46,347 nt of DNA from an uncultured Sediminibacterium sp. (GCA_937907555.1 CALEST010000302.1:1-46347), one strand, 5' to 3'; positions 1-10,721 are shown, numbered from the stretch's first letter. Translations and numbers: made by a program. The notes: generated from the letters alone by a model not told the origin.

Positions 1-1199
1 TCATATACCACTTCAAAAGCCTGTTTTTTCAAAGAAGGAATGCCCTGACCAATTTTTAAATCTTTCCATTGCGGCGTGGGTTCACAAACCCAATATGGGT
101 TTCCCTTGTACATGATGGGATTGCTTTGAGGCGCATCAAACTGAACAGCAACAGTTACGTGTTGAGGATAGGAAAGCACAATCATTGGAAGATTGTAAAT
201 TTCCTTTATCAGGTAAAAGAAAAAAGCGGCTCTGTCTTCGCAATCACTGTACGCCGAATACAATGTTTGCTCTGGTGAGAAACGCATGTCCTTTCCGTAA
301 ATGGCGGCATCGTTTTCAAAAGCAAAGGAAGACCGGGTTAAGTGCATCAAGTAGTCAACTCCTTTTTTCTGATCCATTTTCCCCACTACTTCTTTTAATG
401 CAGGAATCAATGACTGATAAGTGGTGTTACTTAATGGTGCTGTAAACTGCATGGCATATTCAATGGAAGGATAGTTGTTGAATAGTTTGTTGATAGACTT
501 GTTCACTTTTACTTTAAACTCATAATTCCTTTGCCCATAAGCAAATTGAAGCGGCTTAATTTCATATAGTCCCGGATTAAAATCGGGCATCCGGTTAATT
601 TTATAAGAGAAGGCTTTTGCTAAACCAGTTCTTCTGGTTAATTCTATATTTTGAAAGCTGCCCGCATTAAAATCGATATTGCTACCATAATCGTGATAAT
701 TCAGACAAATGTATTGGGTGCCATTTAAAACCATTGAGGGTATATCATACACATTTTCGCCAGACTGAATGTACATCAGCAAGGTATCTTTTCTCAATCT
801 GGTAATGGCATCATACCCCGTCTGGTTCAGCAAAAACCATTTGTACAAAGTGTAACGATGATAATTGTCTTTTTTAGGACTGATGGCTTCTGCAGTGGTT
901 CTGATCAACTGATAAAATAACCAGTCATCCAGTTGCTTTTCGTTTTTATAAGCCTGCAGATTGTTTACCAGCTGTTGAAAAGGCAGTTGATTCAGGGCGG
1001 AATAAAAATTTTCAATCACCGAATGGCTGATTGGAGCCCCTAATGAAACCTGTAATTGATGTATATCGGGGGTATGCACGGTATCCCCATAGAAATCCAC
1101 ATAAGACGACTCAACAAAATTATCTTGTTGCTGAGCCAGAGCAGGTTGTCCCCAAAGACAGACCCCAATGATTAATATGGTCCAAACACCCTTTTTCAA
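1..1199 (-). CDS. Secreted hypothetical protein with transglutaminase-like Cys protease motifs (3' end runs off the window)
   Basis: Not in the ORF track. Manual translation from TTG at 1199 is open to position 1: MKKGVWTILIIGVCLWGQPALA|QQQ signal peptide, then ...YSDCEDRAAFF...YPQHVTVAV...WVCEPT. Confidence 0.8.
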   Translation of the reverse strand, partial: MKKGVWTILIIGVCLWGQPALAQQQDNFVESSYVDFYGDTVHTPDIHQLQVSLGAPISHSVIENFYSALNQLPFQQLVNNLQAYKNEKQLDDWLFYQLIRTTAEAISPKKDNYHRYTLYKWFLLNQTGYDAITRLRKDTLLMYIQSGENVYDIPSMVLNGTQYICLNYHDYGSNIDFNAGSFQNIELTRRTGLAKAFSYKINRMPDFNPGLYEIKPLQFAYGQRNYEFKVKVNKSINKLFNNYPSIEYAMQFTAPLSNTTYQSLIPALKEVVGKMDQKKGVDYLMHLTRSSFAFENDAAIYGKDMRFSPEQTLYSAYSDCEDRAAFFFYLIKEIYNLPMIVLSYPQHVTVAVQFDAPQSNPIMYKGNPYWVCEPTPQWKDLKIGQGIPSLKKQAFEVVY

Positions 1200-1308
1200 C
1201 GATAGTGGATTCTTTTAAAGTTACAAAAAGGTAACAATTAATTAATATTAAGTTTTTTCAATGCCTTGTTAAAAAGCTGCATTCTCTCCTTTTTGCCCTA
1301 TTTACGGT

Positions 1309-1316
1309 TAAATTTG
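1309..1316 (+). promoter_or_regulatory. Bacteroidota sigma70 -7 element (TAAATTTG) for uvrB
   Basis: Exact TAnnTTTG match 15 nt before the uvrB ATG. Confidence 0.6.
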
Positions 1317-1331
1317 CCCCATAATTAAGCC

Positions 1332-3368
1332 ATGCCATTTCAGTTACACACGCATTATCAGCCAGCAGGAGATCAGCCCAAAGCCATTGAAGCCCTGGTT
1401 CGTGGCGTAAACGAAGGCGAACAATACCAGACTTTGCTGGGAGTTACGGGAAGCGGTAAGACCTTTACCATTGCCAACCTGATTCAACAGGTGCAGCGCC
1501 CTACCCTGGTATTAACCCATAACAAGACACTGGTTGCCCAGTTATACGGCGAGTTCAAACAGTTTTTTCCTGAGAATGCCGTTGGGTATTTTGTTAGTTA
1601 CTACGACTATTATCAGCCGGAAGCCTATATGCCGGTAACCGGAACCTATATTGAAAAGGATCTGAGCATCAACGAAGAGTTAGACAAGCTAAGGCTTCAG
1701 GCAACTACCCAATTGTTAAGCGGTAGAAGAGATATTATTGTAGTGGCCAGCGTGAGCTGCATCTATGGTATGGGAAACCCTACGGAATACGAAAATGGGA
1801 TTATCCGAATTCAGAAAGGACAGGTTTTATCGAGACAGGGATTTTTACATTCGCTGGTTAACTCTTTGTACAATCGTTCACAAGGCGATTTTACCCGGGG
1901 AACTTTCAGAGTAAAAGGAGACACGGTAGACATTAATCTGCCTTATGTGGATTTTGGGTATCGCATTACTTTTTTCGGAGACGAAATAGAAGAAATAGAA
2001 AGCATTGATACGGCTACCAATAAGCGGATAGGGCTTATGGATGCAGCTGCCATATTCCCCGCAAACCTTTATCTGGCGCCCAAAGACATGATTACACAGG
2101 TAATGCATGAGATACAGGACGAAATGATGCTGCAGGTGGAATATTTTAAATCGGTGGGCAAGTTTATTGAAGCTTCCCGATTAAAAGAAAGGGTGGAATA
2201 TGATTTGGAAATGATCAGAGAGCTGGGCTATTGCAATGGGATTGAAAACTATTCCCGTTTTTTCGACAGAAGAAAACCAGGCACCCGTCCCTTCTGCTTG
2301 CTCGATTATTTTCCAAAGGATTTTTTATGTGTGATTGATGAAAGTCATCAGACCATTCCGCAGGTAGCAGGCATGTATGGTGGAGACAGAAGCCGTAAAC
2401 TGGTACTCGTGGATTATGGTTTCCGCTTGCCCAGTGCCATGGACAACCGTCCATTGAACTTTCACGAGTTTGAGCGTATGACGGGTCAAACGATTTTTGT
2501 AAGTGCAACCCCTGGTGAATATGAGCTGGAAAAAACAGGTGGTGTTGTGGTAGAGCAGGTGGTACGCCCAACCGGCTTATTGGATCCCCCCATTGAAATC
2601 AGACCCAGTACCAATCAGATTGATGATTTACTAGATGCCATCGATGATCGTGTTAAAAAAGGAGACCGTGTGCTGGTAACCACCCTTACCAAAAGAATGG
2701 CAGAGGAGATGGATAAATACCTCGGTAGAATCAATATCAAATCTAAATACATACACTCGGATGTAGACACGTTGGAACGCGTAGAAATCTTACGGGATCT
2801 GCGTTTGGGCGTAATTGATGTATTGGTGGGTGTGAATTTATTAAGGGAGGGATTGGACCTGCCGGAAGTGTCGCTGGTGGCTATTTTAGACGCAGACAAA
2901 GAAGGGTTTTTGCGCAACGAACGCTCATTAACGCAAACAGCGGGTCGTGCTGCGAGAAACGTAAATGGTCTGGTTATTTTTTATGCCGATAAAATGACCG
3001 AGAGCATGCAACGGACCATTGACGAAACCAACCGAAGAAGGGCCAAACAGATTGCGTATAACCAGGAACACAACATCATTCCAACTACCGTAACCAAAAG
3101 CAAGGAACAAGTGTTTGCCCAGACTTCTGTGCTGGATATCAAAGGCTATGATCCATCCAATCCATATGCCGTGCAGGCCGATGGACCACTGGTGGTGCAT
3201 GCAGCAGAAGAGCAGGAAACATTTAGTACCATTCCACAGGTGGAGAATGCCATTAAAAAAGTGAAAAAGGAAATGGAAAAAGCGGCCCGCGATTTAGACT
3301 TTATTGAAGCGGCAAGACTAAGAGACGAAATGTTTAATCTGCAAAAAAAGCTGGAAGACATGAAATAA
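1332..3368 (+). CDS. uvrB: Excinuclease ABC subunit B
   Basis: PAGDQP, Walker A GVTGSGKT, YYDYYQPEAY beta-hairpin, DESH, C-terminal UVR motif LDFIEAARLRD. Confidence 0.98.
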   Translation: MPFQLHTHYQPAGDQPKAIEALVRGVNEGEQYQTLLGVTGSGKTFTIANLIQQVQRPTLVLTHNKTLVAQLYGEFKQFFPENAVGYFVSYYDYYQPEAYMPVTGTYIEKDLSINEELDKLRLQATTQLLSGRRDIIVVASVSCIYGMGNPTEYENGIIRIQKGQVLSRQGFLHSLVNSLYNRSQGDFTRGTFRVKGDTVDINLPYVDFGYRITFFGDEIEEIESIDTATNKRIGLMDAAAIFPANLYLAPKDMITQVMHEIQDEMMLQVEYFKSVGKFIEASRLKERVEYDLEMIRELGYCNGIENYSRFFDRRKPGTRPFCLLDYFPKDFLCVIDESHQTIPQVAGMYGGDRSRKLVLVDYGFRLPSAMDNRPLNFHEFERMTGQTIFVSATPGEYELEKTGGVVVEQVVRPTGLLDPPIEIRPSTNQIDDLLDAIDDRVKKGDRVLVTTLTKRMAEEMDKYLGRINIKSKYIHSDVDTLERVEILRDLRLGVIDVLVGVNLLREGLDLPEVSLVAILDADKEGFLRNERSLTQTAGRAARNVNGLVIFYADKMTESMQRTIDETNRRRAKQIAYNQEHNIIPTTVTKSKEQVFAQTSVLDIKGYDPSNPYAVQADGPLVVHAAEEQETFSTIPQVENAIKKVKKEMEKAARDLDFIEAARLRDEMFNLQKKLEDMK

Positions 3369-3417
3369 TTCATCGTCCACAGAATTCATTAAATTTAAGC
3401 AAGCATATTTTTGATTC

Positions 3418-4905
3418 ATGAAAAAATTGGTACTCTTACTCCTCACAATTATACCTTTTGTAATGCAGGCTCAAACGCCCTATTATGCAGAACGCTTCAG
3501 GCCCCAGTACCATTTTTCTTCTCAGAAAAACTGGATCAATGATCCGAATGGATTAATCTATCACAATGGAGAATACCATTTGTTTTATCAGCACAATCCT
3601 TTTGGAAACAATTGGGGTTTTATGAGCTGGGGACATGCAGTGAGCAAAGACCTGGTAAAGTGGACGCCACTTCCATTGGCCCTTAGAGTAGAGGGTGGTA
3701 AAATGGCTTTTTCCGGTTCGGTTGTTTACGATGCAAAAAATACCAGTGCACTAAGCAATAATAAAGAGACTCCTCCATTGGTGGCAGTGTTTACGGCACA
3801 CGACAGTCTCAATCAATCCCAACACCTGGCCTACAGTATTGACAATGGAAGATCCTGGAGCAGGTATGCCGGTAATCCGGTTCTCGATTTAAACATGACT
3901 GATTTCAGAGACCCCAATGTGTTCTGGCACGAAAAATCAAAACAGTGGATCATGGCTGTAGCCATGCCCAATGAAAAAATGATTTCATTTTACAGTTCTT
4001 TCAGTTTGAAACAATGGACTTTTCAAAGCGACTTTGGTCCTATTGGAGATACATCCGGCGTTTGGGAATGTCCTGATTTAATTCAGGTTCCGGTGGTTGG
4101 AGAACCCGACAAAAAGAAATGGGTGTTGCTGATTTCACAAAACTCCAGCATGCAATATTATGTGGGTGAATTTGATGGCTATAAATTCTACAACGAAAAT
4201 CCTTCCAATAAAGTAGTCCGTCCCGATTATGGCAGCGATTATTATGCAGCCATCACGTATAAAAATACGCCTGATAAAATTCCGGTTTCTGTGGGATGGG
4301 TAAACAACTGGAATTATGCCAACGAAATTCCCACCAATCCCTGGAAGGGAGCCATGTCTATTCCCAGAAAACTGGCAGTAAAAAAAATGGGATCGGAATG
4401 GGTGCTGGTGCAGGAACCCATCAAAGCCTTACGCGCCATGCGTTCTACGGGTCAGGTAGTTAATGGTCCGATTGCAGTGAAGAATGGCTATACCCTTCCT
4501 TTCCGCAGCAATTGTTTTGAAATGGAAGTAGATTTAAAGCCGGCTATTACCAGCATTAGTGGAATTAAAATTGCCGTAGGAGGCAACCGCAGTTTTGTCA
4601 TTGGTTACGATGCCACTTTAGAACAACTCTTTATAGACAGAACCAATACGCCATCCGGCTTCAGCAGACAGTATCCGTATTTTGCCAAGAAGAATGCTTA
4701 TTTAAAACAACAGAACGATAAAGTAAAACTGCATATCTTTTTTGATAAGAGTATTGTAGAAGTATATGCCAATGATGGCGAACTGGTTTTCACTTCTCAA
4801 ATATTTCCTGAAGAAAATGATACTGGCATAGAATTTTTCAGCGATGGAAATGTTTCTGTCTTCGAAAATATCTGGTTCTGGCCCATGAGATCTATCTGGA
4901 AATAA
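3418..4905 (+). CDS. Secreted glycoside hydrolase family 32 (levanase/beta-fructofuranosidase-like)
   Basis: Signal peptide; all three catalytic motifs present: WINDPNG, FRDP, WECP; C-terminal DKSIVEVY. Confidence 0.93.
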   Translation: MKKLVLLLLTIIPFVMQAQTPYYAERFRPQYHFSSQKNWINDPNGLIYHNGEYHLFYQHNPFGNNWGFMSWGHAVSKDLVKWTPLPLALRVEGGKMAFSGSVVYDAKNTSALSNNKETPPLVAVFTAHDSLNQSQHLAYSIDNGRSWSRYAGNPVLDLNMTDFRDPNVFWHEKSKQWIMAVAMPNEKMISFYSSFSLKQWTFQSDFGPIGDTSGVWECPDLIQVPVVGEPDKKKWVLLISQNSSMQYYVGEFDGYKFYNENPSNKVVRPDYGSDYYAAITYKNTPDKIPVSVGWVNNWNYANEIPTNPWKGAMSIPRKLAVKKMGSEWVLVQEPIKALRAMRSTGQVVNGPIAVKNGYTLPFRSNCFEMEVDLKPAITSISGIKIAVGGNRSFVIGYDATLEQLFIDRTNTPSGFSRQYPYFAKKNAYLKQQNDKVKLHIFFDKSIVEVYANDGELVFTSQIFPEENDTGIEFFSDGNVSVFENIWFWPMRSIWK

Positions 4906-4934
4906 ACACGATCTTTGCACAGTAAAATTATACT

Positions 4935-6008
4935 ATGAGTTTCAGGAATTTTAAAATGGTCAGTTATGTGGTTTTTGGCCGCGGTAGTTTTAATCAGTTA
5001 GATGAAATTTTAACGCCGCACAGAAAGGGAGATGCGCCCATGGTGTTTTTGGTGGACCATTATTTTGAAGACAAAGCTTTACTAAACAGAATTCCTTTAA
5101 GAGGAAAAGATAAAATTATATTAGCAGACGTAACCTATGAACCCAAGACCACACAAGTGGATGCACTGGCCCGTTCTTTAAGAGAAGAGTTCGGTACCAT
5201 CAGTGGAGTAATTGGTATTGGGGGTGGATCTACCATGGATCTGGCCAAAGCGGTTTCTTTAATGATGACCAATCCAGGCTCTTCTGCGGACTATCAGGGC
5301 TGGGATCTGGTGCAGGTGCCAGGGGTATACAAAGTAGGAATTCCAACCTTAAGCGGAACGGGTGCAGAAGTGAGCAGAACCACGGTGTTAACAGGACCAA
5401 CGCGCAAACTGGGCATGAATTCTGATTTTACACCTTTCGATCAGATAGTGCTGGATCCTGAATTAACAAAGGACGCTCCGGTGAATCAGCGGTTTTATAC
5501 AGGTATGGATTGTTATATCCACTGCATTGAAAGTTTAGAAGGCACTTACTTAAATGAGTTCAGCAAAAGCTATGGTGAAAAAGCACTACAGCTTTGCCAG
5601 AAAGTATTTGTAGAGAAGAATCACTGGGACGATGAATCGGATGATCAATTGATGATGGCTTCCTATGCAGGTGGAATGAGCATTGCCTATTCACAGGTGG
5701 GTGTAGCGCATGCAGTAAGTTATGGTTTGAGTTATTTACTCGGCACCAAGCACGGCATTGGCAATTGCATCGTGATGAATCATTTGGAAGAATACTATCC
5801 AGCTGGTGTGAAGGAATTCAAATTAATGGTAGAGAAAAACAATATTGAAATTCCACAAGGTATCTGCAAGGGTTTAACTGATGAGCAATTCGAAACCATG
5901 ATGAATGTATCCCTGGGCATGAAGCCCTTGTGGGAGAATGCTTTGGGCAAGGATTGGGAAAAAATCATGACCCGCGAAAAACTCAGAGCACTGTACGAGA
6001 GATTATAA
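4935..6008 (+). CDS. kdnB: Iron-containing ADH family protein, KdnB-like Kdo 8-oxidase
   Basis: [16 protein letters not shown], metal ligands D..IH, H and HG. Segments [22 protein letters not shown] and HAVSYGLSY match Shewanella KdnB as I recall it. Abuts kdsB. Confidence 0.8.
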   Translation: MSFRNFKMVSYVVFGRGSFNQLDEILTPHRKGDAPMVFLVDHYFEDKALLNRIPLRGKDKIILADVTYEPKTTQVDALARSLREEFGTISGVIGIGGGSTMDLAKAVSLMMTNPGSSADYQGWDLVQVPGVYKVGIPTLSGTGAEVSRTTVLTGPTRKLGMNSDFTPFDQIVLDPELTKDAPVNQRFYTGMDCYIHCIESLEGTYLNEFSKSYGEKALQLCQKVFVEKNHWDDESDDQLMMASYAGGMSIAYSQVGVAHAVSYGLSYLLGTKHGIGNCIVMNHLEEYYPAGVKEFKLMVEKNNIEIPQGICKGLTDEQFETMMNVSLGMKPLWENALGKDWEKIMTREKLRALYERL

Positions 6009-6719
6009 AAGCTTAGCTGCTTTAATTAAATCTTCGGGCGTATCTATTTCTACACCCATGTATTGGGTCAATACCATTTTTAACGGAACCCCATATTCCA
6101 GGTAACGCAGACATTCAATTTTTTCAGCAGCTTCCAATGGTGTCATTGGCCAGTTAGTGAAATTGAGCAATGCCTGTTTTCTGAAAGCATATACACCAAT
6201 ATGTTCGTAGTAAGGGATGGAAACGCTTTTGTCTCTGGGATAAGGAATAACACTGCGGGAAAAGAACAGTGAATTCTTATTTCTATCTACAGCCACTTTT
6301 ACATAATTGGGATCTTCAATGGATGCGGCATCTTTTAGTTCCTGCATTAAAGAAGCTACCTGTACTTTTTCATCGGCAAAAACCGCCAGTAATTTTTCCA
6401 GCGGATCTTTCTGCACAAAGGGCTCGTCTCCCTGTACATTTACAATAATGTCTACGTCCATGTCCGCTGCGGCTTCTGCAATTCGGTCGCTCCCACTCTC
6501 GTGATTTTTTTTGCTCATCACCGCCTTACCGTCATGGCTGGTAATTTCATTGAAGATGATATCACTGTCGGTTACTACTACCACATCGCTGAACAATCCC
6601 GTTGCCATTGTATTGTCATAGGTATGACGAATGACGGACTTGTTTCCCAGTTGCTGCATCAGCTTTGCAGGAAAACGGGTAGCCGCATAACGCGCAGGAA
6701 TCATTGCAACGATCTTCAT
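6003..6719 (-). CDS. kdsB: CMP-Kdo synthetase
   Basis: [40 protein letters not shown]. Confidence 0.95.
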   Translation of the reverse strand: MKIVAMIPARYAATRFPAKLMQQLGNKSVIRHTYDNTMATGLFSDVVVVTDSDIIFNEITSHDGKAVMSKKNHESGSDRIAEAAADMDVDIIVNVQGDEPFVQKDPLEKLLAVFADEKVQVASLMQELKDAASIEDPNYVKVAVDRNKNSLFFSRSVIPYPRDKSVSIPYYEHIGVYAFRKQALLNFTNWPMTPLEAAEKIECLRYLEYGVPLKMVLTQYMGVEIDTPEDLIKAAKLL

Positions 6720-6782
6720 ATAGAAACTTTGTACAAAGATGCACTACCTCGGGCTGAAGTAGAAAAAAATGATTCGGAAAAA

Positions 6783-7604
6783 CTAATACTGGGTTTTTAT
6801 TGAGTTGTCGAAAGGAATTTTTAGCTGATAGTTGAGTTGTTCATCCGTACTGTCATCTAATACATCCAATCCATACCGTAAAGAATCTACTGGGGTGTAA
6901 TTATAGGTTCCGAACAAACGGTCCCAGATAGAAAAGATATTACCGTAGTTACTATCTGTTTGTGGTTGTTTATAGTGATGATGCACTTTGTGCATATTCG
7001 GAGAAATAATAATCCAGCTAATGGCATTGTCTAACCAAAGGGGCAAGCGCATATTCGCGTGATTGAACTGAGATAAAACTGCACTTAAACTTTGGTATAA
7101 CATTACCAGCCACATGGGTGCTCCGCAGATAATTACACCAATGGTTGTGAATACAGCTCTGAAAACACTTTCACCGGGGTGGTGTCTGTTGGCGGTGGTA
7201 GTATCTACATGGGTATCTGCATGATGCACCATATGAAACTTCCACATCCATTTTATTTTGTGTTCAATGAAATGAATAAAATAAGCGCCAACCAAATCAA
7301 GCAATAACAACCCGCCAATCAACATTACCCAGGCAGGAAGGGTGGTCAATTGCAATAAACCAAATTGGTTTGCGATAGCCCACTCACTGGCTTTAACAAT
7401 CACCAATGCAAAGGCAAAGTTGATGATAATGGTAGTAGCGGTGAAAAACAGGTTAATGCCTGCGTGACGGTATTTATTGTATTTGAACCTGGCCAATGGT
7501 ACAATCCCCTCAACAATCCAGAAAAACAAAATACCTCCAGCTAAAATCAGCGCTCTGTGTAAACTGGGAATGGTATTGAAATAGTCAATAATGGATTCTA
7601 TCAT
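6783..7604 (-). CDS. Sterol desaturase / fatty acid hydroxylase family membrane protein
   Basis: His boxes HFIEH, HMVHH, HKVHH; NYG..FSIWDRLFGT; several TM segments. Confidence 0.9.
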   Translation of the reverse strand: MIESIIDYFNTIPSLHRALILAGGILFFWIVEGIVPLARFKYNKYRHAGINLFFTATTIIINFAFALVIVKASEWAIANQFGLLQLTTLPAWVMLIGGLLLLDLVGAYFIHFIEHKIKWMWKFHMVHHADTHVDTTTANRHHPGESVFRAVFTTIGVIICGAPMWLVMLYQSLSAVLSQFNHANMRLPLWLDNAISWIIISPNMHKVHHHYKQPQTDSNYGNIFSIWDRLFGTYNYTPVDSLRYGLDVLDDSTDEQLNYQLKIPFDNSIKTQY

Positions 7605-7615
7605 GGCCGGTACAA

Positions 7616-8731
7616 TTAATTATTCAACATCAACGGCATCACCAGCATCAGAAGATCTTCGCCTTCAGCCTGCTCGGTTGGTTTAATTAAACCAGCTTTG
7701 GTTGGCGTAGACAATTCCATTTTAACATCGTCGGTATCTGCAGCGTTTAGCATTTCAATTAAGAAACGTGCATTGAAAGCAATTTGTAAATCTTCTCCAT
7801 CGTACTGACAGCTCATGCGCTCGTTACCTTCAAAGCTGAAGTCAACGTCTTGTGCAGCCATCTGTAATTCTGCACCGGTAATATTCAAAGCTACCTGATT
7901 GGTACTCTTGTTAGAGAATACATTCACGCGACGCAATGCATTCTGGAAAGAGGATTTGTTTACAATTAACTTATAAGGATTGTCTGCAGGAATCACCACT
8001 TTGTAATCGGGGAAACGCGCATCAATCAAACGACAAATCATATGCGTAGAACCATGCTTCACAAACAAGTGATTGCTGTTGTAGCTGATGGTTAGTTCAT
8101 CTTCATTATCAGGTAAAGCATTCTTCAACAAGTTCAATGGCTTCTTAGGCACAATAAATGAATCGGTCTTGGTAGCATGGGTATCGGTGCGCTTGTAACG
8201 TACCAGTCTGTGTGCATCTGTTGCTACAAACTGAACGCCGTCCTTGCTCAACTCAAAAAATACTCCCGTCATCGCAGGTCTTAAATCATCGTTGCTTACC
8301 GCAAACAATGTTTTATTGATAGCCGTCAGCAATGCACCGCTATGCATAGTGAAGCTGGTGGTATCATCTGCTGATGGTTCCTTTGGAAAATTATCGGGGT
8401 TCTCTCCCATTACCTTGTACTTACCATTGTCGCTGGTAATTTCAACAGCAAAGTTTTTGTCAATGGTGAAAGTAAGCGGCTGGTCTGCAATATTTTTTAA
8501 TGAGTCCATCAAAATTTTTGCAGGAATACAAACACGGCCATTGGCCTTGCTCTCCACATCCATTTGCACGCGCATTACCGTTTCTAAATCGGTAGCTACT
8601 ACATTTAATTTTTTATCTTCTATTTCAAATAAGAAATCTTCTAGAATGGGAAGTACGGTATTGGCATTAATTACACCACTGATCTGCTGCAAATGCTTTA
8701 ACAGGGAAGAGGAAGAAACGATAAATTTCAT
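7616..8731 (-). CDS. dnaN: DNA polymerase III beta clamp
   Basis: LPIL, ATDLE, VATDAHRL, RLIDARFPDY, FNARFL, LVMP; 371 aa. Confidence 0.97.
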   Translation of the reverse strand: MKFIVSSSSLLKHLQQISGVINANTVLPILEDFLFEIEDKKLNVVATDLETVMRVQMDVESKANGRVCIPAKILMDSLKNIADQPLTFTIDKNFAVEITSDNGKYKVMGENPDNFPKEPSADDTTSFTMHSGALLTAINKTLFAVSNDDLRPAMTGVFFELSKDGVQFVATDAHRLVRYKRTDTHATKTDSFIVPKKPLNLLKNALPDNEDELTISYNSNHLFVKHGSTHMICRLIDARFPDYKVVIPADNPYKLIVNKSSFQNALRRVNVFSNKSTNQVALNITGAELQMAAQDVDFSFEGNERMSCQYDGEDLQIAFNARFLIEMLNAADTDDVKMELSTPTKAGLIKPTEQAEGEDLLMLVMPLMLNN

Positions 8732-8750
8732 ATGAACGTTTTAATCTGGA

Positions 8751-8758
8751 CAAACTTA
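8751..8758 (-). promoter_or_regulatory. -7 element (TAAGTTTG) for dnaN
   Basis: Exact TAnnTTTG match 19 nt before the ATG; CTTG lies 21 nt further upstream. Confidence 0.6.
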
Positions 8759-8801
8759 CTGTAAAGGGACGATATTTCACAAGCAATTTACACCCAAAAT
8801 A

Positions 8802-9221
8802 TCAGCCATTGTAGAAGTTGAGCCGGTCTATCAGCTCCTGGTATTTGATCTTGTTAATGGGCTTGACAATATAGTCGGTAACCCCGCTGTATTCCTTGGA
8901 TTTCTGAATATCGCAGTCGTCTACCGAAGAGCTCACCATATAGATGTAGATGGGTTTTTTAAAACGCTCCATCAATTTGTGGTATTCGTCTAAAAACTGC
9001 CACCCGTTCATGATGGGCATATTGATATCGAGGAAAATCACATCAGGTAATTCCTGCTGACCGCTCTCTACTTTCTCCTTAAAGAATCCAATGGCTTCAC
9101 TCCCGTTGTAAAACGACAATATATTCCTGGCCAGTCCGGTGGACTCGAGAATTTTTCGTGAAGTAAATTGATAGATTTTATCGTCGTCTATCAAACAAAC
9201 ATTGTATTGTATTACAGCCAT
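8802..9221 (-). CDS. Single-domain response regulator (receiver only)
   Basis: LIDDD, FLDINMP phospho-acceptor, SSS, YIVKP; has its own TATATTTG -7 box at 9269-9276. Confidence 0.92.
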   Translation of the reverse strand: MAVIQYNVCLIDDDKIYQFTSRKILESTGLARNILSFYNGSEAIGFFKEKVESGQQELPDVIFLDINMPIMNGWQFLDEYHKLMERFKKPIYIYMVSSSVDDCDIQKSKEYSGVTDYIVKPINKIKYQELIDRLNFYNG

Positions 9222-9302
9222 TTCGTACAGGACTTCAGTTTTACGGGGGGATATTTGGGGTCCTGAAACAAATATAATTACTTTACCTAAAAATACTAAC
9301 AG

Positions 9303-9785
9303 TTGTTTTCAACCGACCCCAATAGTACCATTGAGAAAGCCTATATGAAGCTGAAGCATTACTGTGGCTACCAGGATCGATGCCATCAGGAAGTGAAAGA
9401 AAAGCTGTATAGTCTGAAGCTGAATAAAGCAACGGTGGAACAACTGCTTTCCCGTTTAATAGAAGAGGACTATCTGAACGAGGAGCGTTTCGCCAAAGCT
9501 TTTGTGGGCGGCCATTTCAGGCAAAAGCAGTGGGGAAAAGTAAAAATAGCCTATGCCCTGAAGCAAAAAAGAGTCAGTGAATACAATATCAGAAAAGCCA
9601 TGAACGAAATCCCTGATGAGGATTACCGGGCTCTGGCAGAAAAACTGGTAACTGCAAAATGGAATAGTTTAAAAAACGACCAATATATCCACCGAACAGT
9701 TAAGACCAAGGCTTTTTTGCAGCAAAGAGGCTTTGAACCGGCATTGGTTCAATCCATTATTCAGCTAATCCGATCTACCCCATGA
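9303..9785 (+). CDS. recX: RecX family regulator
   Basis: YCGYQDRC..EV, YLNEERFA, WGKVKI, LQQRGF. Start codon uncertain. Confidence 0.88.
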   Translation: MFSTDPNSTIEKAYMKLKHYCGYQDRCHQEVKEKLYSLKLNKATVEQLLSRLIEEDYLNEERFAKAFVGGHFRQKQWGKVKIAYALKQKRVSEYNIRKAMNEIPDEDYRALAEKLVTAKWNSLKNDQYIHRTVKTKAFLQQRGFEPALVQSIIQLIRSTP

Positions 9786-10699
9786 AAAAATATAAAATTA
9801 TCGGATGGATTTGGATTCTTTGCACTTCGTTGGGCACAGTACAAGCGCAGTCAATAGGCCTGACAACAGAAAACGATGCCTTTCTGTTAAAAAAGGAAGA
9901 TGCTTATTATACCAACGGACTTTTTTTTCATTATAGTTTTGCAAAACCAGGGCAATCGGCATCCAAACGCATTCACCAGTTGATGCTGGGTCAAAAAATC
10001 TTTACGCCGCTTTTTAGAAATACCAGAACCCCAGCAGATATTGACCGACCCTATGCCGGCTACAGTTTTGCTCAATACAGCCAGACCCGATTTTCAGGAG
10101 AAAACACGGTGTTTCAATGGTCGGGAACCCTTGGTATCATTGGCCCGGCATCCGGCGGAGAGGGCTTGCAAAATACCTATCATCGCTGGTTAAATTATGC
10201 CCAATTTAGGGGATGGAAGTATCAGCTCAATAATCAGCTGGTCCTGAATGCAGGTGCTATGTATGCATATCATATGGTCAACACCCAACAGTTTAAGGGC
10301 ATTTTTATTTCCGAAGCACAATTGGGCACTGGCTTTGTGAATGCATCATTGGGTACCAAATGGGTGTATGGTTTACTTAATCCGGCTCAGCAGAGTCAGC
10401 TATGGAATGCCGCTTCAGAGGGCGGAAGCAAAAACAAAAAAGAGTTCTATATCTACTGGTATCCCAGAATAACCTGGCAGGGTTACAATGCCACTATTTC
10501 TGGGGGGAGCAAAACTGCCGCTGATTCCTCAGTCAGGCGGACTCCGCAACGCTGGGTATTTCAACATACGATTGGATTGGCGTACAGTGCTGGCAGGTGG
10601 GCAGCTCAGCTGGAACTGGTACATCAATCCAGAGAAACCCTGGAGCAGTTGAAAAAACATCGCTATCTGGGACTGCAATTACAGTATCGAATCCATTAA
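9782..10699 (+). CDS. lpxR: LpxR family lipid A 3'-O-deacylase-like outer-membrane beta-barrel
   Basis: Signal peptide; ENDAF, D..YTNG, GQKIFTP, DRPYAG, Q..YH, GW..QL motifs. Confidence 0.78.
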   Translation: MKKYKIIGWIWILCTSLGTVQAQSIGLTTENDAFLLKKEDAYYTNGLFFHYSFAKPGQSASKRIHQLMLGQKIFTPLFRNTRTPADIDRPYAGYSFAQYSQTRFSGENTVFQWSGTLGIIGPASGGEGLQNTYHRWLNYAQFRGWKYQLNNQLVLNAGAMYAYHMVNTQQFKGIFISEAQLGTGFVNASLGTKWVYGLLNPAQQSQLWNAASEGGSKNKKEFYIYWYPRITWQGYNATISGGSKTAADSSVRRTPQRWVFQHTIGLAYSAGRWAAQLELVHQSRETLEQLKKHRYLGLQLQYRIH

Positions 10700-10721
10700 C
10701 TTGCTGTTTCAAAACAGCCTT

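Noticed and set aside
69-445. Two short plus-strand ORFs in the track
   Set aside because: They are antisense shadows of the long minus-strand CDS at 1..1199 and show no motifs.
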